Source: Spirochaetota bacterium (GTDB lineage: Bacteria > Spirochaetota > UBA4802 > UBA5550). From it: DNA of 64,000 bases. Location: assembly GCA_017999915.1 (NCBI GenBank), contig JAGNKX010000006.1, positions 64,077 to 128,076 on the forward strand, written 5' to 3'. How positions within the stretch are numbered: position 1 is the stretch's first letter; each line of letters opens with the position of its first letter. Under the pieces are notes generated by a model, which was not told where the DNA came from, made no database searches, and saw nothing but the letters and a program-made list of their open reading frames with translations. A program made the position numbers and the translations under genes. Of this stretch, positions 37,222-45,320 are shown one piece after another.

Positions 37222-37262
37222 TGTCAATTAAAAAATGAATGGTATTCATTTTTTAATTGACA
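37222..37262. promoter_or_regulatory. 41-bp near-perfect palindrome TGTCAATTAAAAAATGAATG-G-TATTCATTTTTTAATTGACA, a divergent dsr promoter/operator. It has TTGACA -35 hexamers on both strands flanking a central AAAAAATGAAT-GGT-ATTCATTTTTT inverted repeat.
   Basis: Read directly. On the plus strand, TTGACA at 37257-37262 is followed by 16-17 bp and TAGATT, with the RBS GAGGAGG before dsrA. On the minus strand, a mirrored -35 is followed by 17 bp and CACAAT. Near-identical copies lie at 42317-42349 and 44098-44135. Confidence 0.6.
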
Positions 37263-37319
37263 TTCAGTGAATGGCCCCTAGATTGGTGATATCGATATTA
37301 AATTTTGAGGAGGTGACCC

Positions 37320-38486
37320 ATGTCGGATACACCCCTGCTGGATAAGCTGGAACAGGGCCTGTGGCCCAGCTTCGTAAAGGAGATCAAGCGCGCGGCGGAG
37401 AAGAACCCCGCGGCGAAGGACCTGCTCGGCATCGTCGAGCTGTCCTATAATGACAAGGTGACCCACTGGAAGCACGGGGGCATCGTCGGCGTCGTGGGAT
37501 ACGGCGGCGGCGTCATCGGCCGCTATTCGGACGTGGCCGAAAAGTTCCCGGCCGCGGAACAGTTTCACACCGTACGGGTGAACCATCCCGCAGGATGGTT
37601 CTATGACACGAAATCGCTCAGGAAGATATGCGATATATGGGAGAAGCATGGCAGCGGCCTGACCAACTTCCACGGCTCCACCGGCGACATCATACTGCTG
37701 GGCACCAGGACCGACAGCGTCCAGCCCTGCTTCAACGAGCTTTCCGAGGCGGGCTTCGACCTGGGAGGCTCCGGGTCGTGCCTGCGGACGCCGACGGGAT
37801 GCGTGGGACCGGCCCGGTGCGAATGGTCCTGCTTCGATACCCTGGACCTCATCCACGACCTGACCCACTCGTTCCAGGACGAGCTGCACCGGCCGCGGTG
37901 GCCCTACAAGTTCAAGATCAAGGCCTCCGGCTGTCCCAACGACTGCGTGGCCGCCATAGCGCGGTCCGATTTCACCATCATCGGGACCTGGCGCGGCAGC
38001 ATCAGGATCAACAACGACGAGATCAAGAAATACGTCGCGAAGGGCGTGAACATGAAGGAGGACATCGTGGACCGCTGTCCCGGGAGCGCCCTTTCCTTCG
38101 ACGAAAAAACATCGACCCTGTCGGTGCGGCCGGAGGAATGCGTCCGGTGCATGCACTGCATCAACAAGCTCACGAAGGCGGTCAAGCCGGGCGCGGAGAA
38201 GGGCGCGGCCATTCTCATCGGCGGCAAGGCGCCGATTCTCCGCGGCGCCTTCCTCTCCTGGGTGCTGGTCCCCTTCATGGAGATCAAGCCGCCCTACAAG
38301 GAGATCAAGGACCTGCTGGCCAAGATGTGGGACTGGTGGGACGAGAACGGCAGGAACCGCGAGCGTATCGCCGAGACCATTTCGCGCGTCGGCCTGAAGG
38401 TGTTCCTGAAGGCCATGGATATGAAGCCGCTGCCGCAGATGGTCAAGCATCCGCGGTCGAATCCCTTCGTATTTTATAACCGATAA
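37320..38486 (+). CDS. dsrA: Dissimilatory sulfite reductase alpha subunit.
   Basis: 388 aa. It has [31 protein letters not shown] and a siroheme/FeS Cys cluster ([23 protein letters not shown]). Confidence 0.9.
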   Translation: MSDTPLLDKLEQGLWPSFVKEIKRAAEKNPAAKDLLGIVELSYNDKVTHWKHGGIVGVVGYGGGVIGRYSDVAEKFPAAEQFHTVRVNHPAGWFYDTKSLRKICDIWEKHGSGLTNFHGSTGDIILLGTRTDSVQPCFNELSEAGFDLGGSGSCLRTPTGCVGPARCEWSCFDTLDLIHDLTHSFQDELHRPRWPYKFKIKASGCPNDCVAAIARSDFTIIGTWRGSIRINNDEIKKYVAKGVNMKEDIVDRCPGSALSFDEKTSTLSVRPEECVRCMHCINKLTKAVKPGAEKGAAILIGGKAPILRGAFLSWVLVPFMEIKPPYKEIKDLLAKMWDWWDENGRNRERIAETISRVGLKVFLKAMDMKPLPQMVKHPRSNPFVFYNR

Positions 38487-38507
38487 CTATCGCAGGAGGA
38501 AAACATT

Positions 38508-39566
38508 ATGGCACGCACAGATATAGGCCCCCCGGATTTCCGCACCATGCTGCCGGAGGCCATCAAGAAAAATTACGGTACATGGGATTACCACGAGATT
38601 CTGAAGCCGGGCGTGATGCGCCACGTCGCGGCCGGCGGCGACGTGCTCTATACCGTCAGGGCTGGCACGCCCCGCCTGCTGAGCATCGATTGTGTCCGCG
38701 ACATCTGCGACATAGCGGACAAGTACTGCGACGGCCATCTCCGGTTCACGAGCCGGGCCAACGTGGAGTTCATGACGCCGAAGAAGGAGAACGTCGACGG
38801 CATCGTAGCGGCGGCGAAGGCCATGGGGCTCCCGGTGGGAGGCATCGGCGACTGCGTGTCGAACATCGTCCACACCCAGGGGTGGATCCACTGCCACAGC
38901 GCCGCCACTGACGCGTCGGGCCTGGTGAAGGCGATCATGGACGAGCTCTACGGCTACTTCACCGAGTTCAGGCTCTCGTCGAAGCTGCGCATCGCCGTGG
39001 CCTGCTGCATCAACATGTGCGGCGCCGTCCATTGCTCCGACCTGGCCGTGGTGGGCGTCCATACCAAGCCCCCCAAGATCGACAATGACCGCCTGACCAA
39101 GGCGTGCGAGATTCCGTCCACGATCCGGTCGTGCCCCACGGGGGCCATCCGGAAGAACCCGGACGGCGACGGCCTGGTGGTGAACCGCGAGCGGTGCATG
39201 TACTGCGGCAACTGCTACACCGTGTGCCCCGCCATGCCCCTGGCCGACGCCGAGGGAGACGGCCTCGCCATCTTTGTCGGCGGCAAGGTCTCCAACGCGC
39301 GCAAGGCGCCGATGTTCTCGCGCCTGGCGATACCCTTCCTGCCGAACAATCCGCCCCGCTGGCCCGAGGTGACCGATGCCCTGAAGAACATCGTCGAGGT
39401 GTATGTTAAGCATTCGCGCAAGTACGAGCGCCTGGGCGAGTGGATCGAGCGGATCGGGTGGGAGCGCTTCTTCACCCTCACCGGCATAGAGTTCACCGAG
39501 GACCACGTGGACGATTTCACCACCGCCACGGAGACCTACCGGTCGTCGATGCAGTACCGCTGGTAA
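38508..39566 (+). CDS. dsrB: Dissimilatory sulfite reductase beta subunit.
   Basis: 352 aa. It has [44 protein letters not shown] and a ferredoxin domain ([12 protein letters not shown]). Confidence 0.9.
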   Translation: MARTDIGPPDFRTMLPEAIKKNYGTWDYHEILKPGVMRHVAAGGDVLYTVRAGTPRLLSIDCVRDICDIADKYCDGHLRFTSRANVEFMTPKKENVDGIVAAAKAMGLPVGGIGDCVSNIVHTQGWIHCHSAATDASGLVKAIMDELYGYFTEFRLSSKLRIAVACCINMCGAVHCSDLAVVGVHTKPPKIDNDRLTKACEIPSTIRSCPTGAIRKNPDGDGLVVNRERCMYCGNCYTVCPAMPLADAEGDGLAIFVGGKVSNARKAPMFSRLAIPFLPNNPPRWPEVTDALKNIVEVYVKHSRKYERLGEWIERIGWERFFTLTGIEFTEDHVDDFTTATETYRSSMQYRW

Positions 39567-39628
39567 CGCCGGCAAGAAAATCCCCCGGGCCTTTGTTCGG
39601 GGTTTGTATAGAGCAAAGAATTATGCGG

Positions 39629-39661
39629 GAGAGCCCCATTCCGGGATGCCGGGATGGGGCT
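39629..39661. terminator. GC hairpin GAGCCCCA-ttccgggatgccggga-TGGGGCTC followed by a T-rich tract. It is a bidirectional terminator between the convergent dsrB and hydrolase genes.
   Basis: Read directly. Confidence 0.6.
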
Positions 39662-39668
39662 CTTGTTA

Positions 39669-40493
39669 TTAATTGCCGGCGAGCCCGCCGTAGGCGCCGG
39701 GGCGGCGCTCTTTCAGGAAATACCCCATGGACGAGGAGCGCACCCGGCCGATGACGTCGCGGCGCACATCGGCGGCCGCGATGGCGGCGCCGTCTCCGTG
39801 GGAGCTGTCCAGGATCTCGCCCTTCGGATCGAGGACCAGGCTCGCCCCCTGGAACACCATGGCGCGGCCGTTGTCGCCGCACTGGTTGCAGGCCGCCACG
39901 TAAAGGCCGTTGTCGTAGGCCCGCGCAGGCAGGTAGCGGAGCCACCGGGCGAGCTTTTCCGCCGGGGTTTCCGGCGGCGGCGACGCGTGGGGATAAAATA
40001 TGATGTCCGCCCCGGCCAGGGCGTAGAGGGTCGCGAGCTCGGGGAAGTGCGCGTCATAGCAGAGGCCGATGCCGAAGGAGAAGCCCTTCCACCGGAAGAC
40101 GGGCGTTTCGCTCCCGGCCGCGAAGAGTCGCTGCTCCCCGGGAGAAAGGTGCATCTTGCGGTAGAGCCCTATCAGGCCCCCTGGCCCCGCCGCGACCTGG
40201 GTTATGAAAAATTCGCCGCCGGAGCGTTCGATGAATCCCGCGATCACCGCGCACCCCCGTGTGCTGCTCGTCTGGATGAGCCGTTCGGTGAGGGGGCCGG
40301 GCACTTCCTCGGCCAGGTCCAGGGCGTCCTTCGAGAGACAGTAGCCGGTGAGGGAGCACTCCGGGAAGCAGACAATATCCGCGCCAGCGGTCCCGGGACC
40401 CTGAAGGAGCCCTTCCATTAATGAGAAGTTCCCGTCAACGTCGCCAAAGGGGGCGGGGCAGCTCACCGCGGCGATCCTGATAACATCAGTCAT
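39669..40493 (-). CDS. Carbon-nitrogen hydrolase (nitrilase superfamily).
   Basis: 274 aa. It has the E-K-C triad context (FPECSLTGY, ...KMHL..., GIGLCYDAHFPE). Its start overlaps the dsrN stop (ATGA). Confidence 0.7.
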   Translation of the reverse strand: MTDVIRIAAVSCPAPFGDVDGNFSLMEGLLQGPGTAGADIVCFPECSLTGYCLSKDALDLAEEVPGPLTERLIQTSSTRGCAVIAGFIERSGGEFFITQVAAGPGGLIGLYRKMHLSPGEQRLFAAGSETPVFRWKGFSFGIGLCYDAHFPELATLYALAGADIIFYPHASPPPETPAEKLARWLRYLPARAYDNGLYVAACNQCGDNGRAMVFQGASLVLDPKGEILDSSHGDGAAIAAADVRRDVIGRVRSSSMGYFLKERRPGAYGGLAGN

Positions 40494-41905
40494 GATATCC
40501 TCTCCCGGGCCAGGGCCACCAGGGCCCGCGGCCAGGTGACGCCGCTTCCCAGGGCGTGGGTGTGGCAGAAGGTCCCCAGGGCGTTCTTATACAGGACCCC
40601 GTCGCGGCCCTCCCTGAGGCCCGTGCCGCGCTCCATGGAGAAAACGGTTTCAACGGCGCCGGCGCCGTTGAGGCGCGAATACCTGAATTCATGGCCCCGC
40701 ACAACGGTTCCCTGCGGATAATAGGGATTGCCCCGGTCAACGGTGAAGCAGGTGTAGCCATGGCCCTGGGGCTTCCGGCTCACGGTGAAGCGGAGAGGGA
40801 ACACGCCGGTCATCGGGTATTCCGTTCCGCCGGCATCCAGCGTTTCGGAAAGATACACCAGGCCGCCGCATTCGGCGTAGACCGGCAGGCCCTCCTCCAC
40901 GGCGTCGCGGATGGCTTTTCGCAATGAGACGTTGGCCGCGATCTCCCGCGCGTGGGTCTCGGGAAACCCCCCGCCTATGTAAAGCCCGTCGATGGGCGGC
41001 AGCGCCGCGTCGCGCATCGAATCGATCTCGACGATGGCGGCGCCGCTCCCGGCCAGGGCCTCTATGTTTTCAGGATAGTAAAAGGTGAAGGCGCTGTCGC
41101 GGATGACGCCGATGGTCGGAGCCGCTTTCCCGGTTTCCGGTGAAGGCGCGGCGCTGTCGGCAGGGCCGCCGAAAAGCGACGCCAGGGACGGATAGCCATG
41201 GCGCTCCATGATGGCCATGATGCCGTCGAGGTCCACGGCTGCGCCCACGGCGCGCGTTATGGTCTCGATGATGCGGTCCGGTTCAGTGTGCTCCTGCACC
41301 GGCACGAGACCCAGGCTTCGCTCCGCAAGGTCGAGGCCCGGTATGCGGGGGATGGCGCCCAGGACCGGTATGCCGCAGTAGCGCTCGATGGCGCCGGCTG
41401 TGATGGAGCGGTGCCGCTCCCCGGCCACGCGGTTCAGGATCACGCCGCGCAGGGCCAGGTCAGGGTCGAAGGCCTGGCAGCCCCGGACCATGGCGGCGAC
41501 GGTGCGGCTCGCCTTGGCGCAATCGGCCACCAGTATGACCGGTATACCCAGGAGCCCGGCAAGGCCTGCGACGCTGTGGGTCCCTTCAATGTCCATGCCG
41601 TCGAAGATGCCGCGGTTTCCCTCCACGACGGCGACGGCGCAGTCGCTGTTGCGGGACAGGTACGTATCAATGATGGCGTCCCTTTCCAGGAGATAGGTGT
41701 CGAGATTGTGGCAGTGGCGGCCGGCCGCGCGGGTGAGCCAGGCCGGGTCGATGTAGTCAGGCCCCTTCTTGAAGGGGGCGGCGGCGATGCCGCTCCGCCT
41801 CAGCGCCCCGATGAGGCCCAGGGTCACCAGGGTCTTGCCGCTGCCGCCCCTGAGGCCGGCGACGGCGATTCCCCTGCGGGATTGCGTTCGGGTGCTGTCG
41901 GCCAT
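40490..41905 (-). CDS. dsrN: Cobyrinic acid a,c-diamide synthase homologue; likely DsrN (siroheme amidase).
   Basis: 471 aa. It has an N-terminal P-loop (GLRGGSGKT) and a C-terminal GATase with AECGG. It sits directly downstream of dsrC in a dsr locus. Confidence 0.65.
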   Translation of the reverse strand: MADSTRTQSRRGIAVAGLRGGSGKTLVTLGLIGALRRSGIAAAPFKKGPDYIDPAWLTRAAGRHCHNLDTYLLERDAIIDTYLSRNSDCAVAVVEGNRGIFDGMDIEGTHSVAGLAGLLGIPVILVADCAKASRTVAAMVRGCQAFDPDLALRGVILNRVAGERHRSITAGAIERYCGIPVLGAIPRIPGLDLAERSLGLVPVQEHTEPDRIIETITRAVGAAVDLDGIMAIMERHGYPSLASLFGGPADSAAPSPETGKAAPTIGVIRDSAFTFYYPENIEALAGSGAAIVEIDSMRDAALPPIDGLYIGGGFPETHAREIAANVSLRKAIRDAVEEGLPVYAECGGLVYLSETLDAGGTEYPMTGVFPLRFTVSRKPQGHGYTCFTVDRGNPYYPQGTVVRGHEFRYSRLNGAGAVETVFSMERGTGLREGRDGVLYKNALGTFCHTHALGSGVTWPRALVALARERIS

Positions 41906-41932
41906 GGGCGCCGGAACAGTCCTGGCGGCGGG

Positions 41933-42250
41933 TTATACGCATCCGGTCGGTTTCGGCAGTCCCGCCCATTTGCACGCGGAGTTGGCCGGCCCCTGCGGAA
42001 ACAGCTCGTACATCTGTTTCAGCTGCACGCCCGTTTCCTTGGTGAGTTTGCGCACCATGGGGGCGATGCCGTTGTCCTTGTAATAGTCCCGAAGGTAATT
42101 CATCACCTTCCAGTGCTCGTCGGTGAGGCTGTTGATGCCTTCCTTTCCGGCCAGGGCAGCCGCGATGGCTTCAGTCCATTTCTCCGGCTCCTGGAGGAAG
42201 CCGTCCTCGTCAACCTCGTACATTACGCCGTTGAGTTCGATTTGTGGCAT
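41933..42250 (-). CDS. dsrC: DsrC.
   Basis: 105 aa. It has the canonical C-terminal arm ...CKWAGLPKPTGCV with two conserved Cys. Confidence 0.9.
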   Translation of the reverse strand: MPQIELNGVMYEVDEDGFLQEPEKWTEAIAAALAGKEGINSLTDEHWKVMNYLRDYYKDNGIAPMVRKLTKETGVQLKQMYELFPQGPANSACKWAGLPKPTGCV

Positions 42251-42316
42251 AGTCGTATCCTTTCATAATTTATTAATGTTCAATTTCAATATAGTATGTA
42301 TCTCCCGGGTGTCAAA

Positions 42317-42349
42317 TGAATGTCAATTAAAAAATGAACGGTATTCATT
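42317..42349. promoter_or_regulatory. dsr promoter/operator motif copy 2 (TGAATGTCAATTAAAAAATGAACGGTATTCATT), oriented toward dsrC.
   Basis: It is nearly identical to 37222-37262. The minus-strand TTGACA lies about 90 bp upstream of the dsrC ATG. Confidence 0.55.
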
Positions 42350-42412
42350 ATTTTTGTTCCCAAAACCTGCCCCGCCTCGTCGATTGATTTACGGCGCCAA
42401 TTATTAGTTTTT

Positions 42413-44026
42413 TTAACCGTCGTTCCGCGTGGAAAGGTTCCTGAGCACGCCGGATGTTTTAACCAGATTGTCGGATGTGGTTGACAGATCATGGGCGCTC
42501 ATCGCGATATCCTGCGTGGTGTCGTTTATGATCGTTATGCTTTTTGATATCTCCAGGAGGGCCGTTTTCTGCTCGTTCGTGGCTGCCAGGATGCTGTTCG
42601 CCTCTTTGTACACGTCCATGAGGGATTCCCGGGCGGTACTGTTGAGGTCCAGGTCCTGCCTGGTAAGATCGACAACGATGTCAATGCGGTTGCTGAAATC
42701 CGTTATGCAGTCGATCATGCTGTTCAGGGAACTGACGAACTCCTCGAGCCTGCCGTAGACGTTGCTTATTTCACTGTTGCTCATCGAGAACGAGGTGTTT
42801 ATCGATTTGACGTTGGAGGAGGTGCTGTCGGCGAGCTTCCCGATCTCGTCCGCCACGACGGCGAATCCCCTGCCGTGATCTCCGGCCCTGGCCGCCTCGA
42901 TCGACGCGTTGAGGGAAAGCAGGTTGATCTTTTCGGATATGTCCTCTATGACGTTTACCGTTTCCTGGACGTCTTTGAATTTCATGGTCGCGGTTGACAT
43001 CACGGCCAGGACGTTTTTTATCTCGGCCTTTGATTTCTCGACCATTTCATTGAGCCTGTCGCGGATAACGACGGCGTCGCGCATCTTCTCCCCCGCTTTG
43101 GCGACTATGCCATAGAGGTTTTCCATGTCGATCCTGACCTTGTCCGTGAGATGAGACTGGTTCATGGCCATGCCGTATATCGAGTCGCCGCTGGCGGTCA
43201 CCTCTTCGACGGTCGAGGTTATTTCCTCGACGGATGCTGCCTGTGACTGGGCGCCTATGGAGAATGACTTGGTCATGCTCGCCATGTTGCCCGTGGCCCC
43301 CGCAAGGTCCACGGCGACGCTGTTCGCCTGCAGCAGTATGCTGTTTATATTTTCGCGGTGGCGGTTGCTTTCTCCGAGGGCCATGTTGATCGAGTCGTAT
43401 GACTGGCGGCTGTTGGAGAGGATCGTGAAGCAGATTATGCCCAGCATGATGAGGGCCGCGAGTCCGTCGGCTAAATAGCTGAAGGAGGCGGGCCTGCTCA
43501 TGATCTCGTTATCCAGGGCGAACTTGACGAATCCACCGAGGGCGAGGCAGTTGGCCGCCGTGTAGATGATTATCGAGACCCTGTTGGTGAGAAGCGCCGA
43601 AAGCCCGATCAGCGGGAACAGCAGTATAATGGCGTCGATGACCCGAGCGATCTCAACCTTGCCCGCGGTGGTGACCATCGTCAGCCATACCACCGACATG
43701 ATTGGCACGAGCATGATGTGGGAGGCAATGGTATTATGGCCTTTTTTCGTGAGTATGAAGCTTGTGATAATGATGCCTTCAAGGATGAAAATTCCCAGCA
43801 CCGAGACATCCGCGAGGTTTTTTCCCTGGACCAGCATGAAAAAGAGGTTGAGGGCGAGCATGATCCCGCCTATGGACACGCATATGATGTACAGGCTCCG
43901 CGCCTTTTGCTGATCGCTGATAGCCCGATCCCGGTATGCGCCGAATAAAAACTGATTGATATGGCCCACGTGCGTTTCCTCCAGATTGAAAAAATTCGTT
44001 GTTATGGCCATGTATGGGGCTGCCAT
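42413..44026 (-). CDS. Methyl-accepting chemotaxis protein with a multi-TM N-terminal sensor region.
   Basis: 537 aa. It has the MCP signalling domain (...[30 protein letters not shown]...) and an N-terminal hydrophobic 6-7 TM region. Confidence 0.85.
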   Translation of the reverse strand: MAAPYMAITTNFFNLEETHVGHINQFLFGAYRDRAISDQQKARSLYIICVSIGGIMLALNLFFMLVQGKNLADVSVLGIFILEGIIITSFILTKKGHNTIASHIMLVPIMSVVWLTMVTTAGKVEIARVIDAIILLFPLIGLSALLTNRVSIIIYTAANCLALGGFVKFALDNEIMSRPASFSYLADGLAALIMLGIICFTILSNSRQSYDSINMALGESNRHRENINSILLQANSVAVDLAGATGNMASMTKSFSIGAQSQAASVEEITSTVEEVTASGDSIYGMAMNQSHLTDKVRIDMENLYGIVAKAGEKMRDAVVIRDRLNEMVEKSKAEIKNVLAVMSTATMKFKDVQETVNVIEDISEKINLLSLNASIEAARAGDHGRGFAVVADEIGKLADSTSSNVKSINTSFSMSNSEISNVYGRLEEFVSSLNSMIDCITDFSNRIDIVVDLTRQDLDLNSTARESLMDVYKEANSILAATNEQKTALLEISKSITIINDTTQDIAMSAHDLSTTSDNLVKTSGVLRNLSTRNDG

Positions 44027-44097
44027 GGACTCACGATGCTCCCGGCGTATGTTTCAATCATGATTGTTGGTAATGTACTTTTTTACATCCAGTTTAC

Positions 44098-44135
44098 TGA
44101 ATGTCAATTAAAAAATGAACGGTATTCATTTTTTT
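44098..44135. promoter_or_regulatory. dsr promoter/operator motif copy 3, oriented toward the MCP gene.
   Basis: TGAATGTCAATTAAAAAATGAACGGTATTCATTTTTTT. There are only 1-2 mismatches to the other copies over about 35 bp. Confidence 0.55.
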
Positions 44136-44261
44136 GCTTCACCTGCGCGGAGCAGGGGGAAAATTTGTTGACAGTGACCTTGTAGAGGCTTTCCTTCAGG
44201 AAAGACCATGGTTTTGAGAAACGCGGCGGCCCAATCCATCCGGCTCTGAACAGGACCCGAC

Positions 44262-45122
44262 ATGAAACAGGAAATCCATACCGGCATACTGACCAGACAA
44301 AACGGCAGGACCTATCTCCTCGGCGAAAGGGGACGCAGGCTTTGCGGGGACGAAACTATCTGGGAGGGATACGTGACCCACTGGCTGGGGAAAAAGGTCA
44401 ATGCCCGCCGCCTTCCCCAGCGGGAGTACGGGACCGGGAGGAACATCCTTGTCCTCTGGCCGTACCGGGAGTGGTCGGGGGAGCCCTCTGTGGAGCTCTA
44501 CTACAATGAGCGGCTGGTGAAGTATCCCCTATCCATCGTTGGGCACCTGGCGGTCAACGTCAGCGGCGAGATATTCAATTTCTCCCATCTCATCAACGAG
44601 AATGAGATCATCTCGGAGGAGGAATATTTTTACCGGCCCGCCCTGGGCGAGTTCGCCCCCCATCCCCTGACGGGGCGTTTCAATGTCGATGATCCCGCGC
44701 GCCCCTACTATGACAAGTTCGGCAGGAATTTCATGCGGACCATCCATGTTCTGCGCATCACCGGCATCGACGCCGGCCGCCTCGCGGGCCTGTACAGGGA
44801 GATGCTGGCGGAGATCGTGAGCAGGCCCGACCCGCGCCGCCCCGAGGAATACCGCGATTTCAGCATCATCACCCGCAGCTGCGTCACCTTCATCCGCGAC
44901 GGCCTGCGCGAGTGCGGCTTTGCCGGCCTGAGGGGGATATTCCCGCGGGACTTCTTCATCAACGCCGCCTATCATTTTTTGAAGATGAACGGCGCCGGCG
45001 CCGTGAGCTCCTCCCTCTACCGCATGCCACAGCTCATGGTGCCGGAGTCGCCCCGCAGCGCCCTCACGTTCATTTTCAATCCCATTAATCGTATCCGGGC
45101 GCGTAAGCTCCCGCGGTATTGA
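44262..45122 (+). CDS. Hypothetical protein.
   Basis: 286 aa. No recognisable motifs. Confidence 0.4.
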   Translation: MKQEIHTGILTRQNGRTYLLGERGRRLCGDETIWEGYVTHWLGKKVNARRLPQREYGTGRNILVLWPYREWSGEPSVELYYNERLVKYPLSIVGHLAVNVSGEIFNFSHLINENEIISEEEYFYRPALGEFAPHPLTGRFNVDDPARPYYDKFGRNFMRTIHVLRITGIDAGRLAGLYREMLAEIVSRPDPRRPEEYRDFSIITRSCVTFIRDGLRECGFAGLRGIFPRDFFINAAYHFLKMNGAGAVSSSLYRMPQLMVPESPRSALTFIFNPINRIRARKLPRY

Positions 45123-45193
45123 TGTAAATTATTCTCTTGACGTGGATGTGTGAACTTTTTTAAAATACAAACATTCTAACATGATGCGATTCT

Positions 45194-45294
45194 CCCTCCC
45201 CCTTGATGGGGGAGGATCGAGGTGGGGGTGAATGCATTATTAGGCGTGACGCGATATGATCACCCTCCCCTTTCCCCTCCCATCAAGGGAGGGG
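45194..45294. repeat. Pair of oppositely oriented REP-like GC hairpins about 60 bp apart: CCTCCCCC-TTGAT-GGGGGAGG and CCCCTCCC-ATCAA-GGGAGGGG.
   Basis: Read directly. The hairpin at 24381-24403 belongs to the same family. Confidence 0.55.
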
Positions 45295-45320
45295 GATCTC
45301 GAAATATTCAAGGTGATTGA

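Noticed and set aside
36680-37249. N-terminal extension MNTIHFLIDTGRLRPHNHT of the ORF upstream of dsrM.
   Set aside because: It is encoded by the conserved promoter palindrome itself, which is also present at two other loci with no ORF. The start was moved to 37192 and the gene kept at low confidence.
37228-37256. Fur box or generic 7-1-7 metalloregulator interpretation of AATGAATGGTATTCATT.
   Set aside because: There is only 5-6/7 resemblance per half-site to GATAATGATAATCATTATC. The conserved flanks (TGTCAATTAAAAAA) are not part of any Fur consensus. It is kept only as an unidentified regulator site.
39567-39668. Search for dsrD downstream of dsrB.
   Set aside because: There is no plus-strand ORF of any plausible length. 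The space is occupied by a terminator hairpin and the end of a convergent gene.
44094-44140. Sigma-54 (-24 GG / -12 GC) reading of ...CGGTATTCATTTTTTTGC....
   Set aside because: The GG to GC spacing is 13 nt instead of the required 10. The embedded TTGACA with a 16-17-bp spacer fits sigma-70 far better.
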